A model generated the notes under the pieces. That model worked only from the letters and a program-made list of their open reading frames with translations, had not been told where the DNA came from and ran no database searches. This document shows, one piece after another, positions 16,292 through 24,792 of a stretch of DNA of 29,613 bases (position 1 is the stretch's first letter; every line of letters starts with the position of its first letter). The position numbers were made by a program, and so were the translations under genes. Origin of the DNA: Myxococcota bacterium (GTDB lineage Bacteria; Myxococcota_A; Polyangia; Polyangiales; Sandaracinaceae); NCBI GenBank assembly GCA_036149055.1, contig JAYZQJ010000257.1, positions 1 to 29,613 on the forward strand, written 5' to 3'.

Positions 16292-17980
16292 TCACTCCGT
16301 GACGTGCACGAAGCTGCCGGTCCGGCCGGGGCCGGCGCTCATGCCGTGCCAGCCGGGGGGCAGCGCGGGGTCGCTCCACTGGAAGATCCAGCGCGCGTCG
16401 GCCGGGGCGAGGTTCACGCAGCCGTGGCTCCGGACCCGGCCGAAGCGGTCGTGCCAAAACGCGGCGTGCAGGGCGTAGGAGCCCTCGAAGTACATCGTCC
16501 ACGGCACGTCTTCGATGGAGTAGGCCTCGTCGCCCGCGTTCGGGTCGTCCATCGTCGTCGACACGTGCTTCGACTGGATGCGGAAGGTGCCGACCGGCGT
16601 CTCGTAGCCCTGCCGGCCGGTGGAGACGAGGGTCGCGAAGACCGGGCGGTCGCCCTCGTAGGCGACCAGCGTCTGCTCGGACAGATCCACGTGCACCCAG
16701 CGCGCGTCCTCGCCGATGCCGTCGGGCCGCGCGATCGGCTTGGCGACCCGCAGGGCGTCCTCGCGCACGATGCGCCCGCGGTCGTCCACCCGGTAGCGGC
16801 GGCGGGCCCGGGTGATGACCTCGTCGGTCAGCGGCATCGGCGTCAGGCGCTCGACCGGCTCCTCGAGCGAGAGCGCGCCGTCGGACGCGTCGCGGGAGAG
16901 CGAGCGGACGCCGCCGCGGTGCACGAAGCCGAGCGGGAGGCGCCAGCGGCCGCCGAGCACCACCCCGCGCATCGCCCCCGGGGAGGCCTCGATCACGGCG
17001 TCCGCCGGCACGTAGGCGCCGCGAATGGTGCGGTAGAAGCGCCGGCCGTCGAGCGTCTCGAGCCGGTCGATGCTCACGTAGAAGCCGCGCCGCATGCGCA
17101 TGCGCAGGAACGAGGGCTGCTCGTCCGCGTCCGGGACGCCGGCGTCGACGGGCGCGGCGGCGGGCCGCGGGGGCGCCACCGCGGCCGGGTCGCCGTCGGT
17201 ATCGGCCGAGGCGGTCAGCTCCGCCGGCTCCTCGTTCAGCGCGGTCGCGTCTCCGTCCAGGCCGGGGGGCGCCTCGAGATCGGGCTCGGGGGTCGGCTCC
17301 TCTTCCTGCTCGGCCGACGCGGCCTCACGCCGACGCTGCCGCTCGATCCACGCGCGGGCCTGCGCCTCCTCCTCGCGGCTCGGGAGCCGCCAGTACTGCG
17401 GGACGTCGTCGCGCGCGACCCAGGCGTAGGCGTAGGGGAGGGCGGCGTCGGCGATCGGCGCGACCGGCGAGGGCTCGAAGGTCTGCGGGCGCTCGCCGAG
17501 CGCGAAGCCGTTGCCGCGGCAGACGAAGCCGCCGCCGGGCACCCGGCTCCAGCCGCGATCGCAGCCCGGCCCGCGGAGCCCCGGCTGGGCGCGGAACTGG
17601 GCGCCGCGTCGCATGTAGCCCACGACGGGGCTGTCGCGGTCGGGGCGCGCGTGGACCTGGGCCAGGAAGTGGTAGGCGACGCCGTGCCACGGGTACTCGC
17701 GCTCGAACGCCTGCCGGGCCGCCTCCTCGCGGGCGCGCGCGGCGGCCTCCGGATCCGGCGCCGGCGCGGGCGGCGGGGCGGGCTCCGCTTCGACCTCCGC
17801 CTCGGCCTCCACCTCGACGTGGCGGGGCTCGGGCGCCTCCCGCTCCGGGGGCGGCGCGGCCTCGAAGGCCACCACCCGGGGCTCGGGCGTCAGCGTGATG
17901 GGGTCCGCCTCGGGCTCCCGGCAGCCGCCGAGGGAGAGCAGGAGGGAGAGACCCACGAACGTCTTGCGTCGCTTCGACAT
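16292..17980 (-). CDS. L,D-transpeptidase (YkuD domain) lipoprotein
   Basis: Lipobox signal MSKRRKTFVGLSLLLSLGGC; WVHVDLSEQTLVAYEG, VSTG..TPVGTF, ALHAAFWH..SHGCVNL (catalytic His/Cys); GGAGG RBS. Confidence 0.9.
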   Translation of the reverse strand: MSKRRKTFVGLSLLLSLGGCREPEADPITLTPEPRVVAFEAAPPPEREAPEPRHVEVEAEAEVEAEPAPPPAPAPDPEAAARAREEAARQAFEREYPWHGVAYHFLAQVHARPDRDSPVVGYMRRGAQFRAQPGLRGPGCDRGWSRVPGGGFVCRGNGFALGERPQTFEPSPVAPIADAALPYAYAWVARDDVPQYWRLPSREEEAQARAWIERQRRREAASAEQEEEPTPEPDLEAPPGLDGDATALNEEPAELTASADTDGDPAAVAPPRPAAAPVDAGVPDADEQPSFLRMRMRRGFYVSIDRLETLDGRRFYRTIRGAYVPADAVIEASPGAMRGVVLGGRWRLPLGFVHRGGVRSLSRDASDGALSLEEPVERLTPMPLTDEVITRARRRYRVDDRGRIVREDALRVAKPIARPDGIGEDARWVHVDLSEQTLVAYEGDRPVFATLVSTGRQGYETPVGTFRIQSKHVSTTMDDPNAGDEAYSIEDVPWTMYFEGSYALHAAFWHDRFGRVRSHGCVNLAPADARWIFQWSDPALPPGWHGMSAGPGRTGSFVHVTE

Positions 17981-18025
17981 GACCCCGCCTCCCGATCGCA
18001 CGGGGGGCGACGCCGCGTCCAAAAA

Positions 18026-20833
18026 TCAGCGAACGAAGACGCGGTCGTCGTCGGGCCGGATGTCGAGGTGGAAGTGGTTCCGGTGACCCTCGTTGTAGTT
18101 CGGGGTCAGGATCGAGCTGAACCGACGCGACGCCGCGAGGTCACAGGCGATGCGCTGGAGGGCCGCCGCGCGCCAGTCGTCGGGGGCCGGCGCGTCGCAC
18201 GTCGTGTGAGCCGGCGTCTCCTCGTAGTGGTCGTTGACGATCAGCTGCCCGCGGGGCGTGTCGAAGGCGTAGAGATCGAGCGCCATGCCCATGCGGTGGA
18301 AGCTCTGCCGCGGGCGGGTCCGATGGGAGCTGAGCACCACCACGTGGCGCACCCGCTGGCGCTTCACCACCCGGGCCAGGAGCGGCAGCCGGGCCGCCAT
18401 CTCGCAGCTCACGATCACCGCGTCGTCGTCCCGGTAGGTGGAGAAGCGCACGCCGTCGACCGCGCCGGTGAGCTCGACCGGGGTCGGCGTGGGGGTGTGC
18501 AGATCTTCGGTCACCCGGCGGTAGGGCACCTCGTCCTCGTCCAGCGCCGCGAGGCAGTCGGCCTCCGGGCGGATCCGCCAGAGGGCGCGGCGCGAGGTGT
18601 GCCAGACGCCGCCCGGGATGATCGCGCGGTAGTTGTAGAAGGTCGGCACCAGCCGGGCGACGAGGCGGGCGATGGGCCCGTTCGGGTCGTCGCGGGGCGC
18701 GAGGAAGCGGCGCGGCCGGGGCGGATCGCTGGGCGCCTCGCCGGGCGGGAGCTGGGGCGCGGGGTCCTGCTCGAAGAGCGCGGGCGGGAGGATGAAGTCG
18801 GGGGGCGCGCCGACCCGGACCGCGAGGCGTCGCATCTCCTCCGCCGTCACCCCCTCGGGCAGCTCCGGCGCCTCGGTCGGCTCGATCGTCGCCGCCGCGC
18901 CCTCCTCGGGCTCCGGCGCGGGGAGCCGCCAGAAGCGGTCGAAGTAGCCGGCCGCGAGCTGCCGGTTGCGGTTCGCTATCAGCCGCGGGCGGCTCGCGGT
19001 GGTGCGCCGATCGTAGACCACGTAGTCGGGCAGGAAGTCCGGGAGGTTCCGGGTGCGCGCGACCGCGTCGGCGGTGACTCCGGTGTGGACCAGGACGTAG
19101 CGCTCCGGCGCCTCGGGGTTCGGGTAGATGAAGCGCACGCCGACGTCCCGGCCCTGGAAGCGCTCGCCGCTCGAGAGCACCACCGCGCCGTCCTCCACCC
19201 GGATCGGCAGCGAGCCCTGCACGCGGTCGAGCACCGCGTTCTGCCCGGGCGCGCCGTAGAGCGCGAGGTGGGAGCGCTTCATCAGCTCGGGCGTCACCTC
19301 GGTGTCCGGGATCACGCGCTGGTTCAGGTACCAGACGCCCATCGGCCAGCCGTTGGCGCCGCGCTCCGCGGTCCGCCGCAGCTCGGCGGTCGCCGCGTCG
19401 TCCTGGGTCCCGTACACGTGCACGATCTCGTCGTGGTAGGCGTCGGTGATCGGCCCACTCAGGCCCGGCACCTTCTCCAGCCCCTCCGCGCGCGGGAGGA
19501 AGCCGAGGGTCCAGCCGCCCTCCGCGTCGCGCGCCGCGTGCACCACGTGCCCGAGGTGGGCGCGGGGGCCGCGGTAGATCTCGGCGCCGTCGATCGCGAT
19601 GCGCGTCTCCCCCGAGGCGCCGACCGGCGCGTCCCGGAGGTCGAGCGACAGCTCGATCACGTTGTCGGTCTCGGCCTCGATCGCGCCGTCGCGCGCGGTG
19701 GCCCGGACCCGGGCCAGCTCCGGGTAGCGCTCGATGCGGGTGACGGTGACCCAGTGCTGCCGGTTCGCGCGGTAGTCCCCGGTCACCACCCGCACCTCGG
19801 CCGGGCGGGGGTCGCGCACCAGCTCCGCGAGCTCCGGGTAGATCCGACCGTGCCGGTGCACGAGGTAGAGCAGGTCGTGCCCGTGCTCGTACCAGCGCAC
19901 GTTCGGCTCGAGCTCGAGGCCCCGCATGTGCTGCTCCATCTCGCGCACGAAGGCCGGCCGCATCGGGCCCGGGTCCTGGGTGCCGTGATAGAAGCGGAAG
20001 TCGGTGTCGACCGAGTTCTCGACCAGGTGCATCGCGCTGTAGCGGTGCAGGGCGGTCTCCTCGACGTCGCTCGGCCGGCCGCCGGCGTACTGCACCCAGC
20101 TCGGCGCGCCGGCCATCGCCTGCACGTGGCTGAAGCGCCACGCGTGCCGCATGCCGATCGAGTAGGCGCCCATGCCCCCGTTGCTCAGCCCGCCGAGCAC
20201 CACGCGGTTCGGGTCGACGTTGTAGTGCCGCTGCACGTCCTCGAGCACCTCGAGCACGTCCTGCTCCCCCATCCAGCGCCAGATGAGCTGCCCGACGCCG
20301 TCGGGGGCGACGACGATCCAGTCGGGCGACCAGCGGGGCGTGAAGTCGTTCCAGAGGTACTGGTTGTAGTGCTCCCAGTCCATGTTGTTCCCCAGCACCA
20401 CGCCGAGGAAGAGGTTCCCGTTGGAGGAGCCGCCGTGGAGCATCAGGATCAGCGGGTAGGCGCGGCTCGGGTCGTAGTCCGGCGGGACGTAGACGGCGTA
20501 GCCCTGCGGGAGCGGGCTGAAGCTGGCGTCGTATCCGCGGTTGACGATCTCCCCGCGCGCCGCCGGGTAGGGATCCCGGCCGGCCTCGATCTCGTCGAGG
20601 TAGCGGGCCGCCCGCCGCCGCCAGGCCTCGCTCTGCTCGGGGAAGCGCCGCTCGATGCGGTCGGCCACCTGCAGCAGGTAGCGGATGGAGGTGAGGGTGC
20701 CGGCGGGCACGCCGTCCGGCCGGTTGGCCTCCAGCCGATCGAGGCGCGCCCCCGGCGCGGCGGGGGCCTGGGCGGCCAGCGCGGCGGGCGTCAGCGCGAG
20801 GAGGAGGGCGGCGAGCGAGAGGAATCGGGGCAT
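18026..20833 (-). CDS. Secreted alpha/beta-hydrolase (esterase/peptidase-like) fused to a C-terminal extensin-like (LAS-type Zn peptidase fold) domain
   Basis: Signal peptide; YPLILMLHGG, GLSNGG (GxSxG), HGTQD, EHGH; C-terminal SFHRMGMALD (Hx6D) and LTPNYNEGHRNHFHLD (HxH). Confidence 0.8.
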   Translation of the reverse strand: MPRFLSLAALLLALTPAALAAQAPAAPGARLDRLEANRPDGVPAGTLTSIRYLLQVADRIERRFPEQSEAWRRRAARYLDEIEAGRDPYPAARGEIVNRGYDASFSPLPQGYAVYVPPDYDPSRAYPLILMLHGGSSNGNLFLGVVLGNNMDWEHYNQYLWNDFTPRWSPDWIVVAPDGVGQLIWRWMGEQDVLEVLEDVQRHYNVDPNRVVLGGLSNGGMGAYSIGMRHAWRFSHVQAMAGAPSWVQYAGGRPSDVEETALHRYSAMHLVENSVDTDFRFYHGTQDPGPMRPAFVREMEQHMRGLELEPNVRWYEHGHDLLYLVHRHGRIYPELAELVRDPRPAEVRVVTGDYRANRQHWVTVTRIERYPELARVRATARDGAIEAETDNVIELSLDLRDAPVGASGETRIAIDGAEIYRGPRAHLGHVVHAARDAEGGWTLGFLPRAEGLEKVPGLSGPITDAYHDEIVHVYGTQDDAATAELRRTAERGANGWPMGVWYLNQRVIPDTEVTPELMKRSHLALYGAPGQNAVLDRVQGSLPIRVEDGAVVLSSGERFQGRDVGVRFIYPNPEAPERYVLVHTGVTADAVARTRNLPDFLPDYVVYDRRTTASRPRLIANRNRQLAAGYFDRFWRLPAPEPEEGAAATIEPTEAPELPEGVTAEEMRRLAVRVGAPPDFILPPALFEQDPAPQLPPGEAPSDPPRPRRFLAPRDDPNGPIARLVARLVPTFYNYRAIIPGGVWHTSRRALWRIRPEADCLAALDEDEVPYRRVTEDLHTPTPTPVELTGAVDGVRFSTYRDDDAVIVSCEMAARLPLLARVVKRQRVRHVVVLSSHRTRPRQSFHRMGMALDLYAFDTPRGQLIVNDHYEETPAHTTCDAPAPDDWRAAALQRIACDLAASRRFSSILTPNYNEGHRNHFHLDIRPDDDRVFVR

Positions 20834-20976
20834 CGTCGTCGGGCCCAATTCTGATGCATCGGGGGGACTTTCGCCCGTTTTCGATCGGTCGCGTTGTAGT
20901 CTACGTGCGCGCTGCTATCCCTAGCGCGCGCCGCGGCCACTGGGGGCAATGCGGGGACCAACGAGGACAGGCTAGG

Positions 20977-22398
20977 ATGGCCAGACCGGGGCTCCTTCGA
21001 CCCCACAGCTCGCAGCTCACGCTCCTGCAGCGGCTGTTCGACGCCGGGTGGATCGCGCTCACCCACACCCTCGCGTATTACTTCCACCCGGACGCCCACT
21101 GGGTGACCGACCAGACGGTCGCCACCGGCGGCGCGGTCCTCATCTTCTACATCACGGGGGAGATCGCGGGGCTGTACCAGGCGTGGCGCGGCGTGCCGCT
21201 CGGCCGTCAGATCGCCCGCATCTGGGTGGCGTGGCTGCCGGTGGTGATGGTCCTGCTCGCCTCGGCCTTCCTGCTGAAGACGACCGAGCGCTTCAGCCGC
21301 GTCGCGTCCGGCGGCTGGCTCCTGCTCGCGCCGATCGCGATCACCGTCTGGCGCACCCTGGTGCGCATGTTCCTCCGCCACCTCCGGGCGAAGGGGAAGA
21401 ACCTGCGCACGGCCGCGGTCTGCGGGGCGACCGAGATCGGGATCGAGCTCGCCAACCGCATCCTCAGCTCGCCCCACCTCGGCATCAAGCTCGTCGGCTT
21501 CTACGACGACCGCACGCCCGAGCGCACCGAGCGGGTGAGCATGAGCTTCGGCGGCGTGGTCGGGAAGTTCGACGAGCTGGTCGAGCGGGCGAAGGCGGGC
21601 GACGTCGACCTCGTCTACATTGCGCTCCCGCTCAAGGCGGAGCCCCGGGTCAACGACCTCCTGCGCAAGCTCGCCGACACGACCGCGAGCGTCTACATCG
21701 TCCCCGACTTCTTCGTCTTCGATCTCCTGCACGGCCGCTGGAGCGCGCTCGGCGACGTCCCGGTCATCAGCATCTTCGAGACCCCGTTCTACGGCGTCGA
21801 CGGCTGGCTGAAGCGCATCGAGGACATGGTGCTCGGCACGATCTTCCTCACCGTGGCCGCGCCGCTGATGGCGGTGATCGCGGTGGCGATCAAGCTCAAC
21901 AGCAAGGGCCCGGTCTTCTTCAAGCAGCGCCGCTACGGGCTCGACGGAGAGACGATCGAGGTCTTCAAGTTCCGATCGATGACGGTGGCCGAGGACGGCG
22001 CCGACGTGAAGCAGGCCAAGAAGAACGACCAGCGCGTCACCGCGGTCGGCAAGATCCTGCGGCGCACCTCGCTCGACGAGATCCCGCAGCTCATCCACGT
22101 GGTGACCGGCTCGATGTCCCTCGTCGGCCCGCGCCCCCACGCGGTCGCGCACAACGAGCTCTACCGCAAGAAGATCGCCGGCTACATGCTGCGCCACAAG
22201 GTGAAGCCGGGCCTGACCGGCTGGGCTCAGGTCAACGGCTGGCGCGGCGAGACCGACGAGCTGTGGAAGATGGAGAAGCGGATCGAGCACGACCTCGAGT
22301 ACATCCGCCGCTGGGGCGTGGTGTTCGACCTCAAGATCATCTTCCTCACGGTCTGGGGCGTGCTCTTCGGCGGTAAGGTCCGTCAGAACGCGTATTGA
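20977..22398 (+). CDS. wcaJ: Undecaprenyl-phosphate glucose phosphotransferase (WcaJ-like priming glycosyltransferase)
   Basis: Four N-terminal TM helices, CoA-binding-like domain (VGFYDDR), KRIED, FKQRRYG, FKFRSM, LRRTSLDEIPQL, MSLVGPRPHA, VKPGLTGWAQVNG.RG, DLEYI. Confidence 0.9.
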   Translation: MARPGLLRPHSSQLTLLQRLFDAGWIALTHTLAYYFHPDAHWVTDQTVATGGAVLIFYITGEIAGLYQAWRGVPLGRQIARIWVAWLPVVMVLLASAFLLKTTERFSRVASGGWLLLAPIAITVWRTLVRMFLRHLRAKGKNLRTAAVCGATEIGIELANRILSSPHLGIKLVGFYDDRTPERTERVSMSFGGVVGKFDELVERAKAGDVDLVYIALPLKAEPRVNDLLRKLADTTASVYIVPDFFVFDLLHGRWSALGDVPVISIFETPFYGVDGWLKRIEDMVLGTIFLTVAAPLMAVIAVAIKLNSKGPVFFKQRRYGLDGETIEVFKFRSMTVAEDGADVKQAKKNDQRVTAVGKILRRTSLDEIPQLIHVVTGSMSLVGPRPHAVAHNELYRKKIAGYMLRHKVKPGLTGWAQVNGWRGETDELWKMEKRIEHDLEYIRRWGVVFDLKIIFLTVWGVLFGGKVRQNAY

Positions 22399-22399
22399 A

Positions 22400-22800
22400 T
22401 CTTGCTGGGAGGGGCTTTCAGCCCCTCCCCCCCGCTGCGCCGTCAGACCTGTCTCCGCTCCGGGTGCTCCGCACCCTCCGCAGAGACAGGTCAGCCGGCT
22501 CCGCGGGGCCCCCCCACCCAATTCCGCGCGCCTGCGGCGCGCGAGTCCCGCGCTCCGCGCGTGAGCCACGCGGCTCGCGCGCGCGCGGCGCGCGAGCTGG
22601 CCGCCCGCTGCCGCGGGATCGAAGACGGGAGGTGGCGCGTGCGGCGACTTCGCTTCGCTCGTCGCCTTCCGTGTTCGTCGGATGGTGGCGACTTCGCTTC
22701 GCTCGTCGCCCTCGGGTGGCCCGTTGGGCGGTGGCGACTTCGCTTCGCTCGTCGCCCTCGGTGGTTCGTTGGGGGGGCGACTTCGCTTCGCTCGTCGCCC
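22400..22800. repeat. Modular REP/BIME-like hairpin element, copy 2
   Basis: Starts just after the wcaJ stop; homologous to 1-~300; four GGCGACTTCGCTTCGCTCGTCGCC copies at 22643, 22687, 22733 and 22776; outer stem GACCTGTCTC (22446-22455) / GAGACAGGTC (22483-22492). Confidence 0.9.
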
Positions 22801-22823
22801 TCGGAGTCGGCTTCGGACCGGTC

Positions 22824-22949
22824 TCGGACACGGACTCGGATTCGGTCTCGGATTCGGTCTCGGACTCGGTCTCGGACTCGGTCTCGGTCTCGGTCTCGGT
22901 CTCGGATTCGGTCTCGGATTCGGTCTCGGTCTCGGTCTCGGTCTCGGAG
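22824..22949. repeat. Hexanucleotide microsatellite, TCGG(TC/AC/AT) x ~21
   Basis: Direct count of about 21 tandem 6-mers with degenerate units on either side; intergenic between convergent genes. Confidence 0.95.
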
Positions 22950-22975
22950 TCTGGGACTCGGTCTCGGCGAGGGGC

Positions 22976-24577
22976 TCAGCGTCGACGGCGTCGGGTGATC
23001 AGGAAGGCTCCGGCGGCGGCCAGGATCAGCCAGCTGAGCGCGGTGCCGGGGGTCACCCGGAAGGCGGAGCAGCCTCCGCCTCCTCCGCCCGCGTCGGCCA
23101 CGCCGCTCGCGGCGCCGTCCGCGCCCATCGATCGGCAGGTTTCGTCGGCGCTCATCGTTCCTCCCTCCCGCTGACGCACCACCGTGCCGTCGGGGAGCTC
23201 GATCCGAATGGGGGCGGTGGCGGCGAAGTACTCTTGCTCGCCGCACTCCGTGACCCGCCGGGCGGTGCGGACCTGGGGCACGTCGGGGAGGCCGTCGTCG
23301 AGGGCGAAGACGGGGTCGACGGTCATGTCCTCGGGGCGCATCGAGGTGCTCAGGCGGGTGGTGTAGGCGTGGCGGCTGACGAGGGCCTGCGCCTCGGCGC
23401 GGGGGGCCCGGATCTCGTCCTCGAGCGCGGCGGCGAGGCCCGCGGGGTCGAAGCGGGTCGGCTCGCCGCACCCGCGCCCGCGGGCGAGGCAGTTGAGGTA
23501 GGTCTGCGCGTCCTGGCCGGGCGGGGGCTCGATGAAGCGGGCGAGCAGCTCGAGCAGGAGCGCGTCGGCCGGGTAGCCGCGGGCCTGGATCTCCTGGACC
23601 ACCCGGGCGGCGTCGAGCTCCTCGGCGAGGTCGGCGACGTCGGGCAGGGTCAGGTCGAGCGTTGGCGTCGCGCCGGCGTAGTCGGTCGCGAAGGCGCGGC
23701 CGCCGAGCTCCTCCACGCGCTGGCGCACCGCGCCGTCCCAGGTCTGGCGGCCGATGAAGAGGTCGAGGTCGAGCGACACGTCGGCCGCGGAGTAGTTGAT
23801 CGAGCGCGCCGGGCGGTCGGCGAGGTGGAAGAGCGCGATGGGGAGGTTCGGGTCGGACGCGATCGGGGTGAGCCGGATCGGCAGGCAGGCCTCGTCGGTG
23901 GCCATGCGCATCACGACCGGGCGGATCACCGAGCTGTTGCGGTTCGCGTTCAGGCGGAGGGCGACGAAGACGAAGCCCTGGTCGGCGTAGGGCGCGAGCA
24001 GCTCGCCGCTCGCGTCCGGCACGTCGTAGCCGTTCATCTGGAGCCACTCGATGACCTCGGGGGCGCTCGAGGCGCCGAGCACCACGGTGTCGTAGGGGCC
24101 GACCACGCTCTCCGAGTAGACGGTCACCCCGCGACCGGCGTCTCCGAACGCGGCGGCGCCCGCGTCGCCGGCGAACCCCGGGTCGGGCGCGGGGCTGGCG
24201 TGGGCGCCGCAGCCCAGGCTGCAGCCGGGGCCCGGCCACGAGCAGCTGAGCGGGGCGCACTCGCCTTCGGTCTCGTTCACGGTCTGGAACCGCGGCTCGG
24301 TGCGCTGCAGGAGCTGCTGGAAGAGCGCGTCGGGGCCGACCGCGATCTCGTCGGGCGGCACCGGGACGGGCAGGATCCAGGCGAAGTCCTCGTCGCGACC
24401 CGAGTAGCTGATCTGCACGGCCATGGTGAGCGATCCGTCGGGCTCGTAGCCGTAGACCACCGTCTCCCGGGCCTGGTTGATCGGCGAGGACGAGCAGAAG
24501 AAGCCCCCGCAGGCGAACGCGCGCGGCGTGGGCAAGGCCGCGAGAACGAAGAGGAAAGCGACGAGGGGTCTCTGCAT
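22976..24577 (-). CDS. DUF2330 domain protein with MYXO-CTERM-like C-terminal sorting signal
   Basis: Signal peptide followed by ACGGFFC, FAWILPVP, VGPYDTVVL, WLQMNGY, FVALRL, LPIRLT, TRLST; C-terminus GGGGGGCSA + TM + RRRRR. Confidence 0.85.
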   Translation of the reverse strand: MQRPLVAFLFVLAALPTPRAFACGGFFCSSSPINQARETVVYGYEPDGSLTMAVQISYSGRDEDFAWILPVPVPPDEIAVGPDALFQQLLQRTEPRFQTVNETEGECAPLSCSWPGPGCSLGCGAHASPAPDPGFAGDAGAAAFGDAGRGVTVYSESVVGPYDTVVLGASSAPEVIEWLQMNGYDVPDASGELLAPYADQGFVFVALRLNANRNSSVIRPVVMRMATDEACLPIRLTPIASDPNLPIALFHLADRPARSINYSAADVSLDLDLFIGRQTWDGAVRQRVEELGGRAFATDYAGATPTLDLTLPDVADLAEELDAARVVQEIQARGYPADALLLELLARFIEPPPGQDAQTYLNCLARGRGCGEPTRFDPAGLAAALEDEIRAPRAEAQALVSRHAYTTRLSTSMRPEDMTVDPVFALDDGLPDVPQVRTARRVTECGEQEYFAATAPIRIELPDGTVVRQREGGTMSADETCRSMGADGAASGVADAGGGGGGCSAFRVTPGTALSWLILAAAGAFLITRRRRR

Positions 24578-24590
24578 GGAGAGGACGGAG

Positions 24591-24606
24591 AGCACCCCTC
24601 GTGCCA
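24591..24606 (-). promoter_or_regulatory. Putative sigma-54 (-24/-12) promoter for the DUF2330 gene
   Basis: The minus strand reads TGGCACG-AGGG-GTGCT with exact -24/-12 spacing; the predicted TSS near 24580 is about 3 nt before the ATG at 24577. Confidence 0.7.
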
Positions 24607-24792
24607 ACGCCGCGCCCTGGGGATCTGGCCAGCGCGCCTCGTGCCGCACCGTGCCGTCCGCACCGACCTCGCGCCAGGCCGTCGCGCCGTTGTCGCTGCA
24701 TCAATACGCGCCCGCCGCTTGCATCGATCCGGCCTTGCCGTACAACGACCTCCACTCGTGGGGACGGGTCCGGGGGCATTGAGCGAGGAACG

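Noticed and set aside
16286..16297. Convergent stop codons abutting exactly (TGA|TCA) with no terminator
   Set aside because: Tight tail-to-tail packing is common and there is no further evidence of function.
16304..20854. 1516-aa plus-strand ORF
   Set aside because: It is the antisense shadow of the L,D-transpeptidase and esterase genes, has no recognisable motifs, and is typical of high-GC3 genomes.
22395..23174. SD/SV- or RS-repeat protein encoded by the microsatellite
   Set aside because: All frames are open because of the hexamer repeat; there is no credible start or RBS, and the ORF spans the hairpin element and overlaps the DUF2330 gene.
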